This document shows positions 1 to 13,483 of a DNA stretch of 64,000 bases, piece after piece (the stretch's first letter is position 1; each line of letters begins with the position of its first letter). Both the position numbers and the translations under genes were made by a program. This stretch comes from Perna viridis (lineage: Eukaryota): contig CM074524.1 of the NCBI GenBank assembly GCA_037379345.1, positions 7,909,635-7,973,634 on the forward strand, in the 5' to 3' direction. A model generated the notes under the pieces. That model was not told the DNA's origin, did not search any database, and saw nothing but the letters and a program-made list of their open reading frames with translations.

Positions 1-87
1 ACTTTCTTTGGACTGTTTCATTGATTTTCACTAATTTGATAAAGGGGCAATTTCCACCATAAATGCATCTCCTCCTTTATTTTCCAG

Positions 88-1118
88 GCTGCTGTGAGTA
101 GAAGAAAACGTATTGTGAGGTTTGCTGATGGAACGCATAATGAAACCTGGATGTCACAGGGATATTATCTAGCAATGAAAAATTTTGTAAATGAAGTAAG
201 TCAATTTTAGATGAATTTTAAGAAACATTTTTGCTCTGGTTAATTGCCCTTTATATTAGATGTGCAGGTGCTAAACACAAGCATTAGAAAAACCATTAAT
301 GTTGCATTGAAACTGTTAAAACTGCATTGAGTTTAGACATGGTGAAATTGAAGATTTAAGGGTAGAACTTGAGGATGTGAGACAAAAATTTTAATTCAAA
401 ATCTTATGTTAAGCCCAGACCTGGTTGTATATGTTTTAGTTACTTTATGTTCTTTGTTGTGTATGTCTGTTTTCCATGTCTGGTCTTTGTCCCTGGATTA
501 CATTCTTTTGATTACCGCTAGAACCTTGGTTCCCTTGATTACTCTTGGGCATATTCTGGACAGATTATTTTATATAGTGCACACAAGGTTTTTCTTCATG
601 TGTTAACAGAATGGCTAATTACTGTTAATGTATTAATTTTCACTATATTGGCAGTTGACTGAAAAGCGTGAAAAAGAGTACCCGCTTATATGTTTACTTG
701 ACAGAAAATAAGCAGCAGCGATAATTAATGCGTTTACAGTATTTGTGATTGTGGTAGCGTGGACCTATTGCTCAAGTTGATAAATGTCCACTAGATATGA
801 ATTTGAATTCAAATATTGATCTACTGTGAAAGTAGTTTAATTCATGGATACCAATTTTTGTGGATTAGGGAAGAAACACAAGTTCATGGATTTTTGAATT
901 TGTGGTTCTGAGGTTTTCAGTATACACATCAATGAAAATTGAAAAATTGGTACCCCACTTAAATATAGGACTTTTACAGAATTTTTGATACAGATTATTA
1001 ATAATTAGAACTATTTGTCAAATAGTTATATTTCCATAATTCTCTTTTATAGGTTTTAAATACAAGAACCTACAAACCAGATAAGGATACTACAAATATA
1101 AATATGACAACAGTTTGA
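88..1118 (+). CDS. ABHD13: 3' end (last two coding exons) of alpha/beta hydrolase domain-containing protein 13; gene starts upstream of the window
   Basis: Exon 88-195 (ttccag|...|gtaagt) translates AAVSRRKRIVRFADGTHNETWMSQGYYLAMKNFVNE, matching the ABHD13 C-terminus with the catalytic His (F.DGTHN.TW...GY). Exon 1053-1118 (tttatag|) gives VLNTRTYKPDKDTTNINMTTV* across a phase-0 junction. Confidence 0.88.
430..545 (+). repeat. Short 3' tail of the Penelope-like element (same family as 56421-57003)
   Basis: Near-identical to 56890-57003 and 43120-43232 (ttttagttactttatgttctttgttgtg...cccttgattactct). A weaker copy lies at ~1370-1453. Confidence 0.75.
622..739. mobile_element. Short TA-flanked MITE (Tc1/mariner-pogo type)
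   Basis: Terminal inverted repeats ta|ctgttaatgtattaatt ... aattaatgcgtttacag|ta. Related ends at ~822-980 and ~8476-8665. Confidence 0.6.
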
Positions 1119-1685
1119 TTACAGAATGCTGTCACAGCATTGAACAACATTCCTCTCTGTTCAACAGGCAGCCTAAGAGCCAAAAATATTTATGTGATCG
1201 AAAACTGTCTTTTGACTGCTGAAATTGTACACAGTTGTGCTTGTTGACTTTGTCATTTTCATTGGCCGGTTTACGCAGTGGACAATTTTGCTTAATTGAA
1301 AATAATAATTACCATATTTGATTAATGTGACTTTGATGCATATTTTTCATTTATATTTTTATTAATTTAATGTGTCCAGTTTCCCCATCTAGTCTTATCC
1401 CTGGAATATATTCTTTTGATTTCCACTTGAATCTTGGTTCCCTTGATTACTCTTAGTAGTGTTAACTTTTCCTAAAACTGAACAAATCTAATTGTATTTT
1501 TTTTCTAATAATTTTTTTTTCAGAGGTAAAATTGATTATGAAGTCCTCCTTGTTCTTGAAAATTTGTATGCAGGAATTAAGCATTTTAGATGGGGCATTT
1601 ATTTTTTAGGTAGGGAGGGGGGATTAAGCTTTATTGGTGTTGATATGTTACAAAACATTAACTAGGAAAAGCTGTTAGCAATGCT

Positions 1686-1853
1686 CATATTTGATTCCCC
1701 CTCACTCCCCCATTTGATAAGATGTACCTTTAAACCTCCATATTTGATTCCCCCTCACTCCCCCATGTGATAAGATGTACCTTTAAACCTCCATATTTGA
1801 TTCCCCCTCATTCCCTCATTTGATAAGATGTACCTTTAAACCTCCATATTTGA
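1686..1853. repeat. 53-bp tandem repeat, ~3.2 copies
   Basis: The unit catatttgattccccctcactcccccatttgataagatgtacctttaaacctc starts at 1686, 1739, 1792 and 1845. Confidence 0.95.
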
Positions 1854-2256
1854 TTTGGATCAAAATCTGAAATAGGAGGTGAGTTGCACCATGGGAATGT
1901 GTAATAAAGATTCAGTGAAAGTTTCATTGAAATCCACTTAGTGGTGTAGGAGTAACCAATAACAGACTGGTTCCCTTTGTAATGGAAGGAAATACAGACA
2001 AAAGGAGGGACGGACACCCCTATCACTCTATACCTCCACTTTGCAAGTGGGGGTATAATAAAAGAATTTTTTAGATTCTGTTCCTATATCTTTCTTCATG
2101 TTATTCAATAGAGAGACAACTTTTTGTCGCCTTTTAAATGATTCTTAAATGCTATATTGTTCATGTGAAGTTCTCATTGATTGAGCTTTATATTTAATAG
2201 AAGAGGAAACATTCTTTTGTTATTTGCTTTTTATAGTGATAATTGTTTAAGAGTTT

Positions 2257-3176
2257 GAAACTTGTCAAAACCTAAACCTTCTGGAATTCAAAAATTGGTT
2301 GGATCAACACAGTAGTCTGGTCTTCCCAGGTTCCCTGTCTAAACCTAAACCTTTGGAATTCAAAAATTGGTTGGATCAACACAGTAGTCTGGTCTTCCCA
2401 GGTTCCCTGTCTATACCTAAACCTTTGGAATTCAAAAATTGGTTGGATCAATAGAGTATTCGGGTCTTCCCAGGTTCCCTGTCTAAACCTAAACCTTTGG
2501 ACTTCAAAAATTGGTTGGATCAATAGAGTATTCGGGTCTTCCCAGGTTCCCTGTCTAAACCTAAACCTTTGGACTTCAAAAATTGGTTGGATCAATAGAG
2601 TATTCGGGTCTTCCCAGGTTCCCTGTCTAAACCTAAACCTTTGGACTTTGGTTGGATCAATAGAGTATTCGGGTCTTCCCAGGTTCCCTGTCTAAACCTA
2701 AACCTTTGGACTTTGGTTGGATCAATAGACTATTCGGGTCTTCCTAGGTTCCCTGTCTAAACCTAAACCTTTGGACTTTGGTTGGATCAATAGAGTATTC
2801 AGGTCTTTCCAGGTTCCCTGTCTAAACCTAAACCTTTGGACTTTGGTTGGATCAATAGAGTATTCGGGTCTTCCCAGGTTCCCTGTCTAAACCTAAACCT
2901 TTGGACTTTGGTTGGATCAATAGAGTATTCGGGTCTTCCCAGGTTCCCTGTCTAAACCTAAACCTTTGGACTTTGGTTGGATCAATAGAGTATTCGGGTC
3001 TTCCCAGGTTCCCTGTCTAAACCTAAACCTTTGGACTTTGGTTGGATCAATAGAGTATTCAGGTCTTTCCAGATTGAAATAAATGATTTAAAGCAATATA
3101 ACAGAACTTTCAAAAATGTCTGGTTCAGACAGGTTTTCAGATTATTCAGGGTTTGGTTTAGACAAGTTTTACTGTA
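2257..3176. repeat. Minisatellite (five ~72-bp and seven ~65-bp units) expanded inside a Tc1/mariner-type MITE
   Basis: The ggatcaa anchor recurs every 72 bp (2301-2589), then every 65 bp (2654-3044). The left end aaacttgtcaaaacctaaacc is inverse to the right end ggtttggtttagacaagttttactgta. An unexpanded relative lies at 63107-63270. Confidence 0.9.
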
Positions 3177-3430
3177 TTGACATGGTATGATTTTCAGTCA
3201 AATTAAAGTTCGTTCCTCCAATTTTTATATGTTTTCCCGGAGTAAATGTAAAAAATTAAAAAAATGCAAGGTCTAATTTTAATTTATAACAGCTTGTTCA
3301 AGTGTATTTACTTGTTATGTCAATGTTTACCTCCATTTTCTACAAAGGTTGCAAGCTAAAAGACATTTAATTGAAGATGCTTATCGTGGTAGTATTTCTG
3401 TTGATTTTACTTGTTAATGTCTTAGGCGTC

Positions 3431-3625
3431 CAGGGATTGAATTTAAGAAATTTTTCCACTAGCTAAATTTAGCAATTACTGTTTTTTGGGGGGTTATTTC
3501 TGAACTGAATTTATGATATATATAGAATTCCACAAACAAATTTTGGCAAGTGGAAATAATTTCTACTAGCAAAGTTGAAGTTTAATTTGCATGTAGCAAG
3601 TATTTCCCCTTAAATTTGATTCCTG
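3431..3625. mobile_element. hAT-like MITE
   Basis: Imperfect TIRs cagggattgaatttaag ... cttaaatttgattcctg. No clear TSD. Confidence 0.45.
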
Positions 3626-5934
3626 GTGCAAGCTTTTCATTTCCGTTTGCTTATTTAGAGTGGTTGAATGAAAACAGCAAGATGCTTACAGTGTCATAAA
3701 AATGAAAGGGCAACATCGTCTTTGTTTCTTTTTTTAAAATGGAGTTATTTGAAGAAAAAAGTCTTCTTTACATACTTGTATTCATGTGACCGTTAGTTAC
3801 CATGGTAATAATCTGTTTATATTAGGGCACTTGTTAGTTTCTGTGATAATACATGTGATGTAGAAAATGTTCTTTGATTTTTCTTCATTTTATTTTATGT
3901 ATGTCATTTATGAAAGTTGTGTCTGATAAATTGACAAAAGAATGTTAATAGCTTTCAGGGGTAGATCAGAGATTTTTAAAAGAGGGAGAGGGTTTCCAGG
4001 CTGTTGTTTACTCATTTTTGCCCAAATTTTGCCAGAAATTAACAAAAGTTTCCATAAAAAAGACCATGTTACCAATTTCCAACATTATTCACAGGGAAAA
4101 CCAGGATCCTAAAGAAGTTATTTATACATAATGTAAAATGGAGTACTGTAAGATCCTACATGCAGAGGACTTTCAACAAATTTAAAAAGGAGGCAGAACC
4201 AGAAAAATCCACAGTCAGCATTTGGTCCTGTTGTATTGGTTACTACGAAATAATGATTTTCTTAATTAACTGGTTTAGTTGGTGAAATTTATTGACATCA
4301 TCACTTTTGTAGGAGTAATTGTATTTGAATGTTGTCTTATGATTGGATATTATCTTGTTATTTGTTAGCATGTTATAGGGAAATTATTTAATATTTTTTG
4401 AAAAAAAATGTTAATAAAATATTTATAACATCAACTATTTGTTCAGTTAAATTCTTTCTGATTGTTACTGCTGTCAAAGGCTTCCATAGATGAGGGGCTT
4501 TAATTCATGGACATAATCGGTATTAAATTTTGTGGTTTTAAAAATTAACAGTCTACATAGAATTTAGCTCACCCAAGTTTTTTTTTTTTTAAATAAGTAT
4601 TAATTTTCCTCGTTTTATTTTAATAGTGGGTTAACCAATGCACAAAACAAAATAAATTATTTGAAAACAGAAAAATGAACAATGAGCTTTATTTAGGCAT
4701 CACCTAATGAAATTCCTTCAAGATTTTTTAAGTAATTGTACAAATGAAGGGCAGTCAGACAGATAGTGCCATACCTTATAACCCGCCATTAGACAGACCA
4801 TTTTGAATATTTCTTTTTGATATTTCTGACTTCGACTTCTTTTTTTTTTATTTTGAGCAGAGGGAAGTTACCTTCGAAGCTGACAGACTTGTTTACTGTC
4901 TGCTTGGAGCAATGGACAGCAGTTGACTTAAAATTCAAATATTTTACTTATTGTAGCTGTGGTAAGTACTTGGTTACTTTCAAATAATTATTTTCAAACC
5001 ATTTAGTTTCATAAAAAAATGTTAACTGTTCTTCCTTTCCCAAATGAGACCGCCAACCAGGTTGTCGGGTGTTAGCAGGTTACATCCCTTTGAAAAACTT
5101 GCTAAAATGGCCTGCATTCTGTAAATAAGATGAGGCTCCCAGGGGACTGAATCACTCACCTGGTTGAATTTTGCCAAAATGGGCAATAAATTAAACAAGA
5201 AGTTGTCCAACAATTAGACTCAAGAAAACTTTGATAGGACTAATCATAAGGATCATTTCAGCGAATGGAAGTCTAAATCTATCATAGTTTTCAAGACATT
5301 GGCTGAAAGCTGGAAAAAAAACCTGTCATTTTCCCCTGTCAAGGGCAATTACTCTTATAAGAAAGCATCTGACAAATTTTATGTCTTAAGACTTTTGTAG
5401 TCCTAAAAATAAGGATCATTTCAGCTATTGAAAGAATTTGGCTAAACCTAATCGTTTTGGAGATATATGCGAAAATATACTGTCTGATTCCTATGTTCTA
5501 TTTTTAGTAACAGTGGCCATGTTTTTTGACGGATCAAAAAACCCCACTTCAATTCTATGCAGAAACACTTACACCAAGTTTGTTTCAATTGGTAAAATAG
5601 TGTCAGAGGAGAAGATTTTTGAAAGAAATAACATTAAAAATAGCAAAAAACTTTGAAAAGGACAATAACTCCAACATGGCTTAATAGATTAAAACGAAAA
5701 CTTGACCGCAGATAGATCTCTTCATGCTGAACACTTTTACCCCTTTCAGAATGGGCTTTACCTAACCGTTTTGGAGATATATGCAAAAAACTTGTCTGAC
5801 CCATATGTTCTATTTTTAGTAACAGCAGCCATGCTTTTCAATGGATCAAACATCCCCATACCAGTTCTATGCAGGATACCCCAAGGAACATCCATACCAA
5901 GTTTTGTTCCAATTGGTCAAGTAGTGTCAGAGGA

Positions 5935-6220
5935 GATTGATTGATTGATTGTTGGGGTTAAACGTCCAAGCAGCAATATTTCAGCTATATTCAGACGATG
6001 AACATGAAATGGTTGATAACATGAACATGAAATGATGACGAAATGAAAAAAAGGGATGGGACACAAGTATAATAGGGTTGAAAAATTTTGATTGCCACTA
6101 GAAAAAGGGAGGAATGGGTAAGGTTGGGCAATTTAGCCTCCCGTGGCGGAGCGCAAAGGTTCCTACTCCTATCGAATACCATAGCAGGTTTCTTTAATGT
6201 GCCAGGAACGTTACATCTTT
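5935..6220 (-). mobile_element. SINE-like 3' fragment with (AATC)n tail nested in the HINE-like repeat
   Basis: gattgattgattgattgttggggttaaacgtccaagcagcaatatttcagctatattc interrupts the host core. A similar short stub lies at ~35068-35101. Confidence 0.55.
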
Positions 6221-6296
6221 CCCAACATGGTGCACAACTATTTGACCACAGATAGATCTCATCATGCTGAACACTTTTGCCTGGTCAAGATTGGGC

Positions 6297-7200
6297 ATCT
6301 CCTTTCATTCCATCACATGTGAAAACTATTTTAAAGAGTCAGAAGGGCTCAAGAGATATGTATTGTATTTTAAATAGAAATGATTGTACATCTACAGGGA
6401 ACACCAAGTGGAGCACAATTTTAAATGTAGATACTGAGAATTGGAAAGTTTTTAATAAACTTCCATTTGTCGTTACAAAAAACAAAACTGCATTGGCTCC
6501 AGTACAGAATTAATCAGAGGATTTTGACAACCAACATATTTATCAATATAGTTGACAATGTCTCCTCTCCATTTTGTTCTTTCTGTAATTCAGGAATAGA
6601 AACTATTGAACATTTGTTATGGGAATGTGAACACGTACAGGATTTCATTGAAGAAATTGATCAATGGCTCCTTCATAATGGTATAAGCATAGCATTCACT
6701 AAAATCATATTTTTGTTTGGTAATATTAAACAATTTTGTAAAGGTGATCCACAAAATAATATTATTCTTTGGATGAAACATTATATTTACAGTATGAAGT
6801 GTTATAATAAACCATTAAATGTGCAAGGAATGTTAGAAAAAATGCAGTATATGTATAATATTGAAAAAATGATAGCTGCGAAAAACAAACGTGTGAAAAA
6901 TTTTGAAAAAATTTGGAACTCTTATAGATTTTTGAATGCAACCTAATGATCCCAATGTTGTAAACATTCAGCCAGACATTTTTTTTTCTCAGATCAAATT
7001 ATTTCCTTTTTCACCTCTTATTTACTGTATTTTTAATAAACCCAATAGGATAAAGCATATATCTCATTATTAAGCTGGTTGTTTGTATGTACAGAATGAT
7101 GCGGTTTAAGTAAACAACATGTGATGTTCTTCATGTAGTTTAAACTGTCTGTTATGTATATATGTATCTTATTAAATAAAAAAATAAAAAGTTAAAGAAA
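6297..7200 (+). mobile_element. 5'-truncated L1/Tx1-clade LINE (ORF2 C-terminal zinc-binding region, 3'UTR, A-rich tail)
   Basis: ORF 6467-6946 has KLHWLQYRINQRILTTN...CSFC...ETIEHLLWEC (zf-RVT-like CxxC...HxxxxC) and is frameshifted from ORF 6277-6513. A-rich tail 7173-7200. 10-bp TSD aagattgggc at 6287-6296 and 7201-7210. Confidence 0.9.
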
Positions 7201-9072
7201 AAGATTGGGCTTAACCTAATGGTTTTGGAGATATATGCGAAAAACTATTGTCTGACCCCCTATGTTCTATTTTTAGTAACGGCAGCCATGTTTTATCGAC
7301 GAATCAAAAATCCCCACATCAGCTCTATGCAGGATACCCCAAGAAACATTCATACCAAATTTGGTTTCAATTGGTAAAATAGTGTCAGAGCAGAAGTTTT
7401 TTGAAAGAAAAAACAAAAAAAATAGCAAAAAACGTTGAAAAAGGGCAATAACTCCAACATGACTTAATAGATTAATATGAAAATTTGAGCATAGATGGAT
7501 CTCATCATGCTGAACACTTTTGTCTCCGTCAGAATATGGCTAAACCTAACTGTTTTGGAGATATATGCGAAAAACTATTGTCTGACCCCCATGTTCTATT
7601 TTAAGTAACGGCGGCCAAAAATCCCCCAATCAGTTCTATGCAAGATGCCCCAAGAAACATTCATACCAAGTTTGGTTCCAATTGCTCAAATAGTTTCAGA
7701 GGAGAAGAGTTTTGAAAAATTGTTAACGACGACAACGGACGACGACGATGGACAACAACGGACGATAAGTGATGGCAATAGCTCACATGGCCTTCAGCTA
7801 GGTGAGCTAAAAAATGACTATTAGCTGAATTTCATCACATTTCTAATGAAAAAAATTCCAGAAGCTTTCTTAAAAAAATCATTTTATTATTCAACATATT
7901 AAAGCATTCCACAAACAAATGTATAAAAACATACTGATTACATTGAACAGGTACCTTAAATCTTTAACCAAGGAGACTTCTCAAAAATCATCTTTCACAG
8001 AAAAATTCTATAATTCAACTTCACAACTTGATTTCAAGACACATAGAATATAATTTATGGAGCTTAGTGATACATAGGCCTTGTTTAACAAGACTGAATA
8101 TCAGGAATCAGCATTGAGTTATCTCCCTTCATCAATTTTTTCTCAAATCAATAAAATAAAACCTATACAAGTCTCCCCAATAAATGCTTAGATTTTAAGA
8201 CTGTACTGCATAAAAAGTTAAGCTCTAAATTCAATTTGAAAGTAAACATTTGGAAATAGAGACAGGATCATAGTTGCAGACAAAATCAGGGGGACATGAA
8301 ATAAATTTACATTTTAGCTTAGACTAAGGGTTCTTTTTTCGGTATTTGCTTCAACTGGTGCAGAACATTCAAATATAACTCTTTTCTCATCAATTAAGAA
8401 AAATGGCAAAATGGAGGAAACTTCCTGTTCATGCTAAATTACATTTCCAATAGTTGTGTACATATATTATCAAATATTGTAAATGTATTAATTTTCACTG
8501 TTGCTGATTTTCCCGAATTCTGTTAAGCGCATACATTTGCGGGTATCAATTTTTGCGGATTCAAGAAAACGATAAGCACAATATTGTTAAAAATCAATTT
8601 CGCATGTACTATTTTTTTGTGGTTTTCTGTCCACCGCGATAGTGAAAGTTAGTACGTTTAGAGTATACAAAACATTAAATTAGTTCAAATAATTGTTTTC
8701 CTCTTTAATATGCCAATTTGAATTGAGAAGCTGGTAGAATAGTAAAATTTAGAGTTTAAGGTTATTGTAATTGACAGCAATTCAAACTTGAAAGACTGTC
8801 CTTTAAAAATCACACAAGTATATAGTGGTAATAAGATAGAACACATTAGCCATAGTATAAATGAAGACAGAATTCTACCTACAGAGATGTTTACATACTG
8901 AAACTCAGAAGTTTACCTTGATTTTTATTGAAAACATTACCAGTTCAATTGAAATTGTCATAATTCTCTTTACCCCTACTCATGACTATGTGGCTCTCAA
9001 ATAACAACTACAAAGATGTACATTTTTTGAAAGCCATTTCCCAAAGTACAAAGTTTTCAAGAACAGCCAATG

Positions 9073-12000
9073 CTATGAAGCTGTTTTTCCATGTTCTTGT
9101 TCTTTCATTTCATCAACCATTTGTCTTAGTCTCTTTTCTCTTTCTTCAATCTGTCTTTTTCGTGCTTTTGGAACACCAGTTCGTCGGAAATCTTCTCTCT
9201 CCTTTAAATACTGTTGCGTACAGCTTTCAACAAACTCTGGATCATTATAACTAAAAAATCACAATTTTCAGTTATAGCATTCACAAAAAATGTTTAAAAG
9301 AAGCAACACATAAAATTGTTTTTTTTTCCACTGGAAAAAAAATGTTATAGGTTTAAATATTTTTCATAAAGAATTTTACCAATTTTTTTTCATAGTTGAT
9401 GTTTCATGACTTTAGAGCTTTTATGTATATAAACAATAGATTTTAAAAAAAATTTTATATGAATTTGTATGAAGACCAAAATGATGCTTCACACATTAAG
9501 TATGATTTCCCGTTATAGTATTTAAAAAATTTTAACATTGATTTTCATTTTTCATAAACTGTGTGTTTGTGTGTTTGCAAAAAAAATAAAACAAACAAAA
9601 AACAGACTTAATTTTTCAAGGTTACCAAACAAAACAGAAATTCACAAAATTGAAAGTTCTAATTCCACCTAAAAGCAGAAAAAAATCAGGTTTAAAAAAA
9701 TGTCATTCTTTGTGAATTCGAATGTTTACCAATATAACATGACATTACAAAAAGACAATGTGGAAATGAATTTACATGTACATTTGTAGAAATTATTATG
9801 TACATGCGCGGCAATCTTGAAACAAAATTTTCTCTACCCTTTAAATAACACTGCAAAATGGTCTCATTTCTATGAAAGTAAAGTATTTGTGGGTAATTGT
9901 TTATGTGGATTTTGAATAGTGCCTTAGTTTCATGGGTTTTTAAAAAAAAATGCTTGAAAAGTTCAAGTTTTCCAAGCTCCACAGAGTGGCAGACGTTGGA
10001 TTCCTCATTTACATGCACTAACCGCTGCAGACAGACCTTTAAAAATTTTCTGACATTATTCTACACTATTGTTGTTTAACAATCGGATAACATCACGTAA
10101 AATTGTTTTCAAATTCATCAGTTTTTATGCGCAATCAATTTCATTTGGTTCACTTCATTGTGTACGAAGATTGTCTCCTGTTTTCATGCTTAGAGCATGT
10201 TTTGGGATTATGACATATTTAAATTATCCCTCTGATGACGATTTGGTATTTTTTTAAATATATTTACCCTTTCTTCTGGCTTTTCAAGATTCTTGTATTT
10301 TCTAAGAAGGCTGTTTGCAGGGTCTAGAGTGAACATTACAAGTTTTTAATAAAATGTTTTCCTGTTCTTTACTTGTTTCGATTTGCTCTTTTCACATCAA
10401 CTTTTTTTTTTACATTACTTATAAAATATAGAAAACTTACGCTTCATATAAACATTTTTTCAATGCATCAGACTCCTTCGTACACTTGAAAGGCATCATT
10501 AATCCTTGTTCCTTGGCACAAATTCCAAAAGCTGCAATACACAATAATAATCAAAAATGAAAATTGGCATTTTTTACATTTTGATTACCGGTATTATCAA
10601 ATACATGTCAAAATGTTATACTTAAGTGGCAGTTTAAAAAAAAAAAATCAGACAGAAAGTGATTCATGCTTGTCAAAAACCCACTAAATTCACTTTTATT
10701 TCTTAATCAGAATCAGTTACAGATCACATAACCAGCCTTAGTTTTTCATTTGGGTTTTGCACTTTGAGATAAAATTTATATAGATAGTACACGAAATTAG
10801 CACTTTGCAAGAGTTATCGTTCTTGATTTAAATGATTTTAGTGCGAGTTCTAAAAAGTACAGTTTTGAATACAGAAAGATATTGTAACATAAAAATATAG
10901 CATCTGAAGACAAATAAAAACAGTTTATTCAGTGTATTTTTTGTACACTGTGAATCCCCTGTATCCTCAACAGTGTCTGAATTTTATCTGGACTGGTACT
11001 TAAATAAATGAACTATAAAATACTTAACTACACTTGATGTGCATTTTGAGCTATTTTGAGCTAAATCTAGTTGGTCTCATCATCTAAGTAAGGACTTACA
11101 ACATAATTCAGAATAAAATTTGGGAGCTCTTCTAATTTCATTAGGTTTATTTCAAAATAATAAAGCCTATGCCAGCACACTCACATACACTTTTTCAATA
11201 ATGTCCTATCAGATTTTTAGAACCACTATAAGTAATGAAGGAAGTAGAGGAAACATGGAAAAAAGTTACTGGTCGTTATCAACTTAACACTTTTGACTAA
11301 TTTCATTACTTTCTCTTTTTTCTTCAACACATTGTGGGTAAAATTCTATTAAGACACGTTTACAAAAATTCAAGTGATTACACAAAAACTCAGTGTCTAC
11401 TGCCGCTGAAGACAATGTCGATTTCATTACGCCATATCATTTACAAGACGTAAAAAATTATTTACAGTCTTCTTAAAAACAGGAGGCTTGAGATGTAAGC
11501 CTTACCATCATGAACATCTTGGCATCTTTCCTTTTTTGCCCTTTCCTTCATTATGTTTGGTATACAGACATCTTTCTCAATATGCCTCAATGACTTGTCA
11601 TCAGGATCCCCTAAAATTAAAATTCATCAAATTACATTAAAATGATATAAGAAATTATTTTGGCTCAGTAAATCCAAAAATGAATTATCTGGCTGAAGCA
11701 TTAAACTATAAAAAAAATAAGAAACTATCACTTATTTTTGGCAGAAGAAAAAATATTATAGAGATAACTGTATCACGTAGAACATTATCTACCTAAAATG
11801 TGTATATGGACCAACTTGGCAACTGTTTCTGTCAAAACCCAGTTGACAAATAACAATGTTCTGAAGTATTAAAACAAAAATTTTACTTTAAACAATGAAC
11901 TAAATTCATATTCATCAATTCATAACTGGACTGTATGTTCAGTTGTTAATAGTAATTTCATGAAGAGAACTTCGATAGATACATTTGGGAGATCAACGCA

Positions 12001-13483
12001 AAACTTACTCAAAACTAAATCTGATCAATTTGGGATTTTAAGCCCTTTTCTTAAATGAATAAAATTGAACTCAGCTGCTTACTTCACAAGAAAGTTACAT
12101 ATTATGCTTCTAAAGGGAGCTAACCATATACTCCTTGAGGGAGTTAAATCTAGTAAAACTAAATGAAAGGCTAAGAGAAGTCTAAAAAAAGTAAAACAAA
12201 AGTTTGGATCTAATTTACTATGGGCCTGAAAAAAAAATCTACAATATGTCTGATAAAAAGGGGGTTCCAGCACATGAATTTTTGTTTACTCCAGCAATAT
12301 CATGACATCACAATGGAATATGAAATCAGGTTTGGTCTAAAATGTCTAACCCGTACCCGTACCAACTTTTGCCCATACCTAAATACTATTTTGTCAATTT
12401 CTTCATTATTACATGATATTTCCAGCTGAAAGTTGGTACATATTTACAAAATGATATGATGGTTAGGCTAGATTTAATGATTTTCAAAATGTTTGTCAAA
12501 AAAATTGATTGTATTCGATTTTCTCTTTTCAAGAGGTCGAAAATGTGTACCCGAAATCAAAGTTCGGTATTTCTGTTATCTGTACAATTTTAAGGCATAT
12601 TTACATTAGAACATCATGATATCATCAAAATTTACATTGACGATAAATTAAAATCGCATCCGACTCTGTTTATGAGACTTTGTTTTTCATTCTGGATAAG
12701 ATCACATCCATTATTTGCTGGTATGGGCATTGATGCTAGGTACGCTATGAAATTCAAACCCTTTTTAAAGAATATCAAATCTTTCAAAACTTTATCCAAA
12801 GTCTTAAAGTGAAGTTTTAACCTCTCAATGATTTTAGAAGACCATAAAATTTGGATAAGAAAGTCAGAAATAGTCAATAATTAGTTTGATACAGTAACTT
12901 CCGGTTACACATTTTAGACCTTTTACCTTCAGAAAACCGATCAAACAAGAAATATTAGAAATATTAAAAAAAATATACATAATTTTCTCGATTAGAAATG
13001 AATTGAAACGGACACTACCACATCTCATGCATTTTCAGTTCTTATTATACTGTAATAATTTGCAAATCATGATTTCGGTATGTGTAGAGGTTACAACTTA
13101 CACATTTCAGACCCTACCATGAAATCGATTGAAACAAGCAGATGAAAAGGTCGTACAAACTTATATTCCTTTCAGAGTGTTTCAGTTTTCTTCTGTCTAA
13201 CATTACACGTTAGCAAAATCACAAATTTTTAGACAACCATTTTTGCACCGTTATGTAATTTATGCAACTTATACGACCTTCACGCCACCCAGAAGCACAT
13301 GTGCACACTCGCACGAACGATTTAACCATTGCCAAAAAATGCCAGATTGCAAAAATATACTTGGTAATAAATTTAGCTGGTTTGAATGCTAATCTCACCA
13401 AGATTATGCGGTCCTCCACCCATATGCTGAGGGAGAACCGTATATTCAACCTTTTCTTTCTGGTTGGAAGCGTTTGCTCCCAT
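9073..13483 (-). CDS. CMC1: COX assembly mitochondrial protein CMC1 (twin Cx9C), 152 aa, four coding exons
   Basis: Exons 13483-13399, 11610-11506, 10531-10441 and 9250-9073, all GT-AG with consistent phases (1,1,2). Translation: MGANASNQKEKVEYTVLPQHMGGGPHNLGDPDDKSLRHIEKDVCIPNIMKERAKKERCQDVHDAFGICAKEQGLMMPFKCTKESDALKKCLYEAYNDPEFVESCTQQYLKEREDFRRTGVPKARKRQIEEREKRLRQMVDEMKEQEHGKTAS*. Contains the CMC1 hallmarks LRH.EKDV.IP.IM, two Cx9C motifs and YLKERE.FR.TG. Confidence 0.95.

Larger units (their letters stand above)
5125..7813. mobile_element. Helentron-associated non-autonomous repeat (HINE-like), copy 1, with nested SINE-like and LINE insertions
   Basis: Starts with gaggctcccaggggactgaatcactcacctgg and has a ~300-bp internal core repeated several times. 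Ends with a (gac)n microsatellite and the stem-loop tagctcac...gtgagcta followed by an A-run. Homologous copies at 38322-39666, 55799-57293 and a fragment at ~24035-24475. Confidence 0.8.

Noticed and set aside
2272-2595. 107-aa repetitive ORF; also superficially CRISPR-like regular repeats
   Set aside because: It is the translation of a 72-bp minisatellite. Units are contiguous with no unique spacers and there are no cas genes.
13095-13120. Alternative CMC1 first exon ATG GTA GGG TCT GAA ATG T|gtaagt
   Set aside because: Phase-compatible, but 13483-13399 supplies the conserved GGGPHNLG-DPDD motif and is far better supported. This one is at most a minor alternative.
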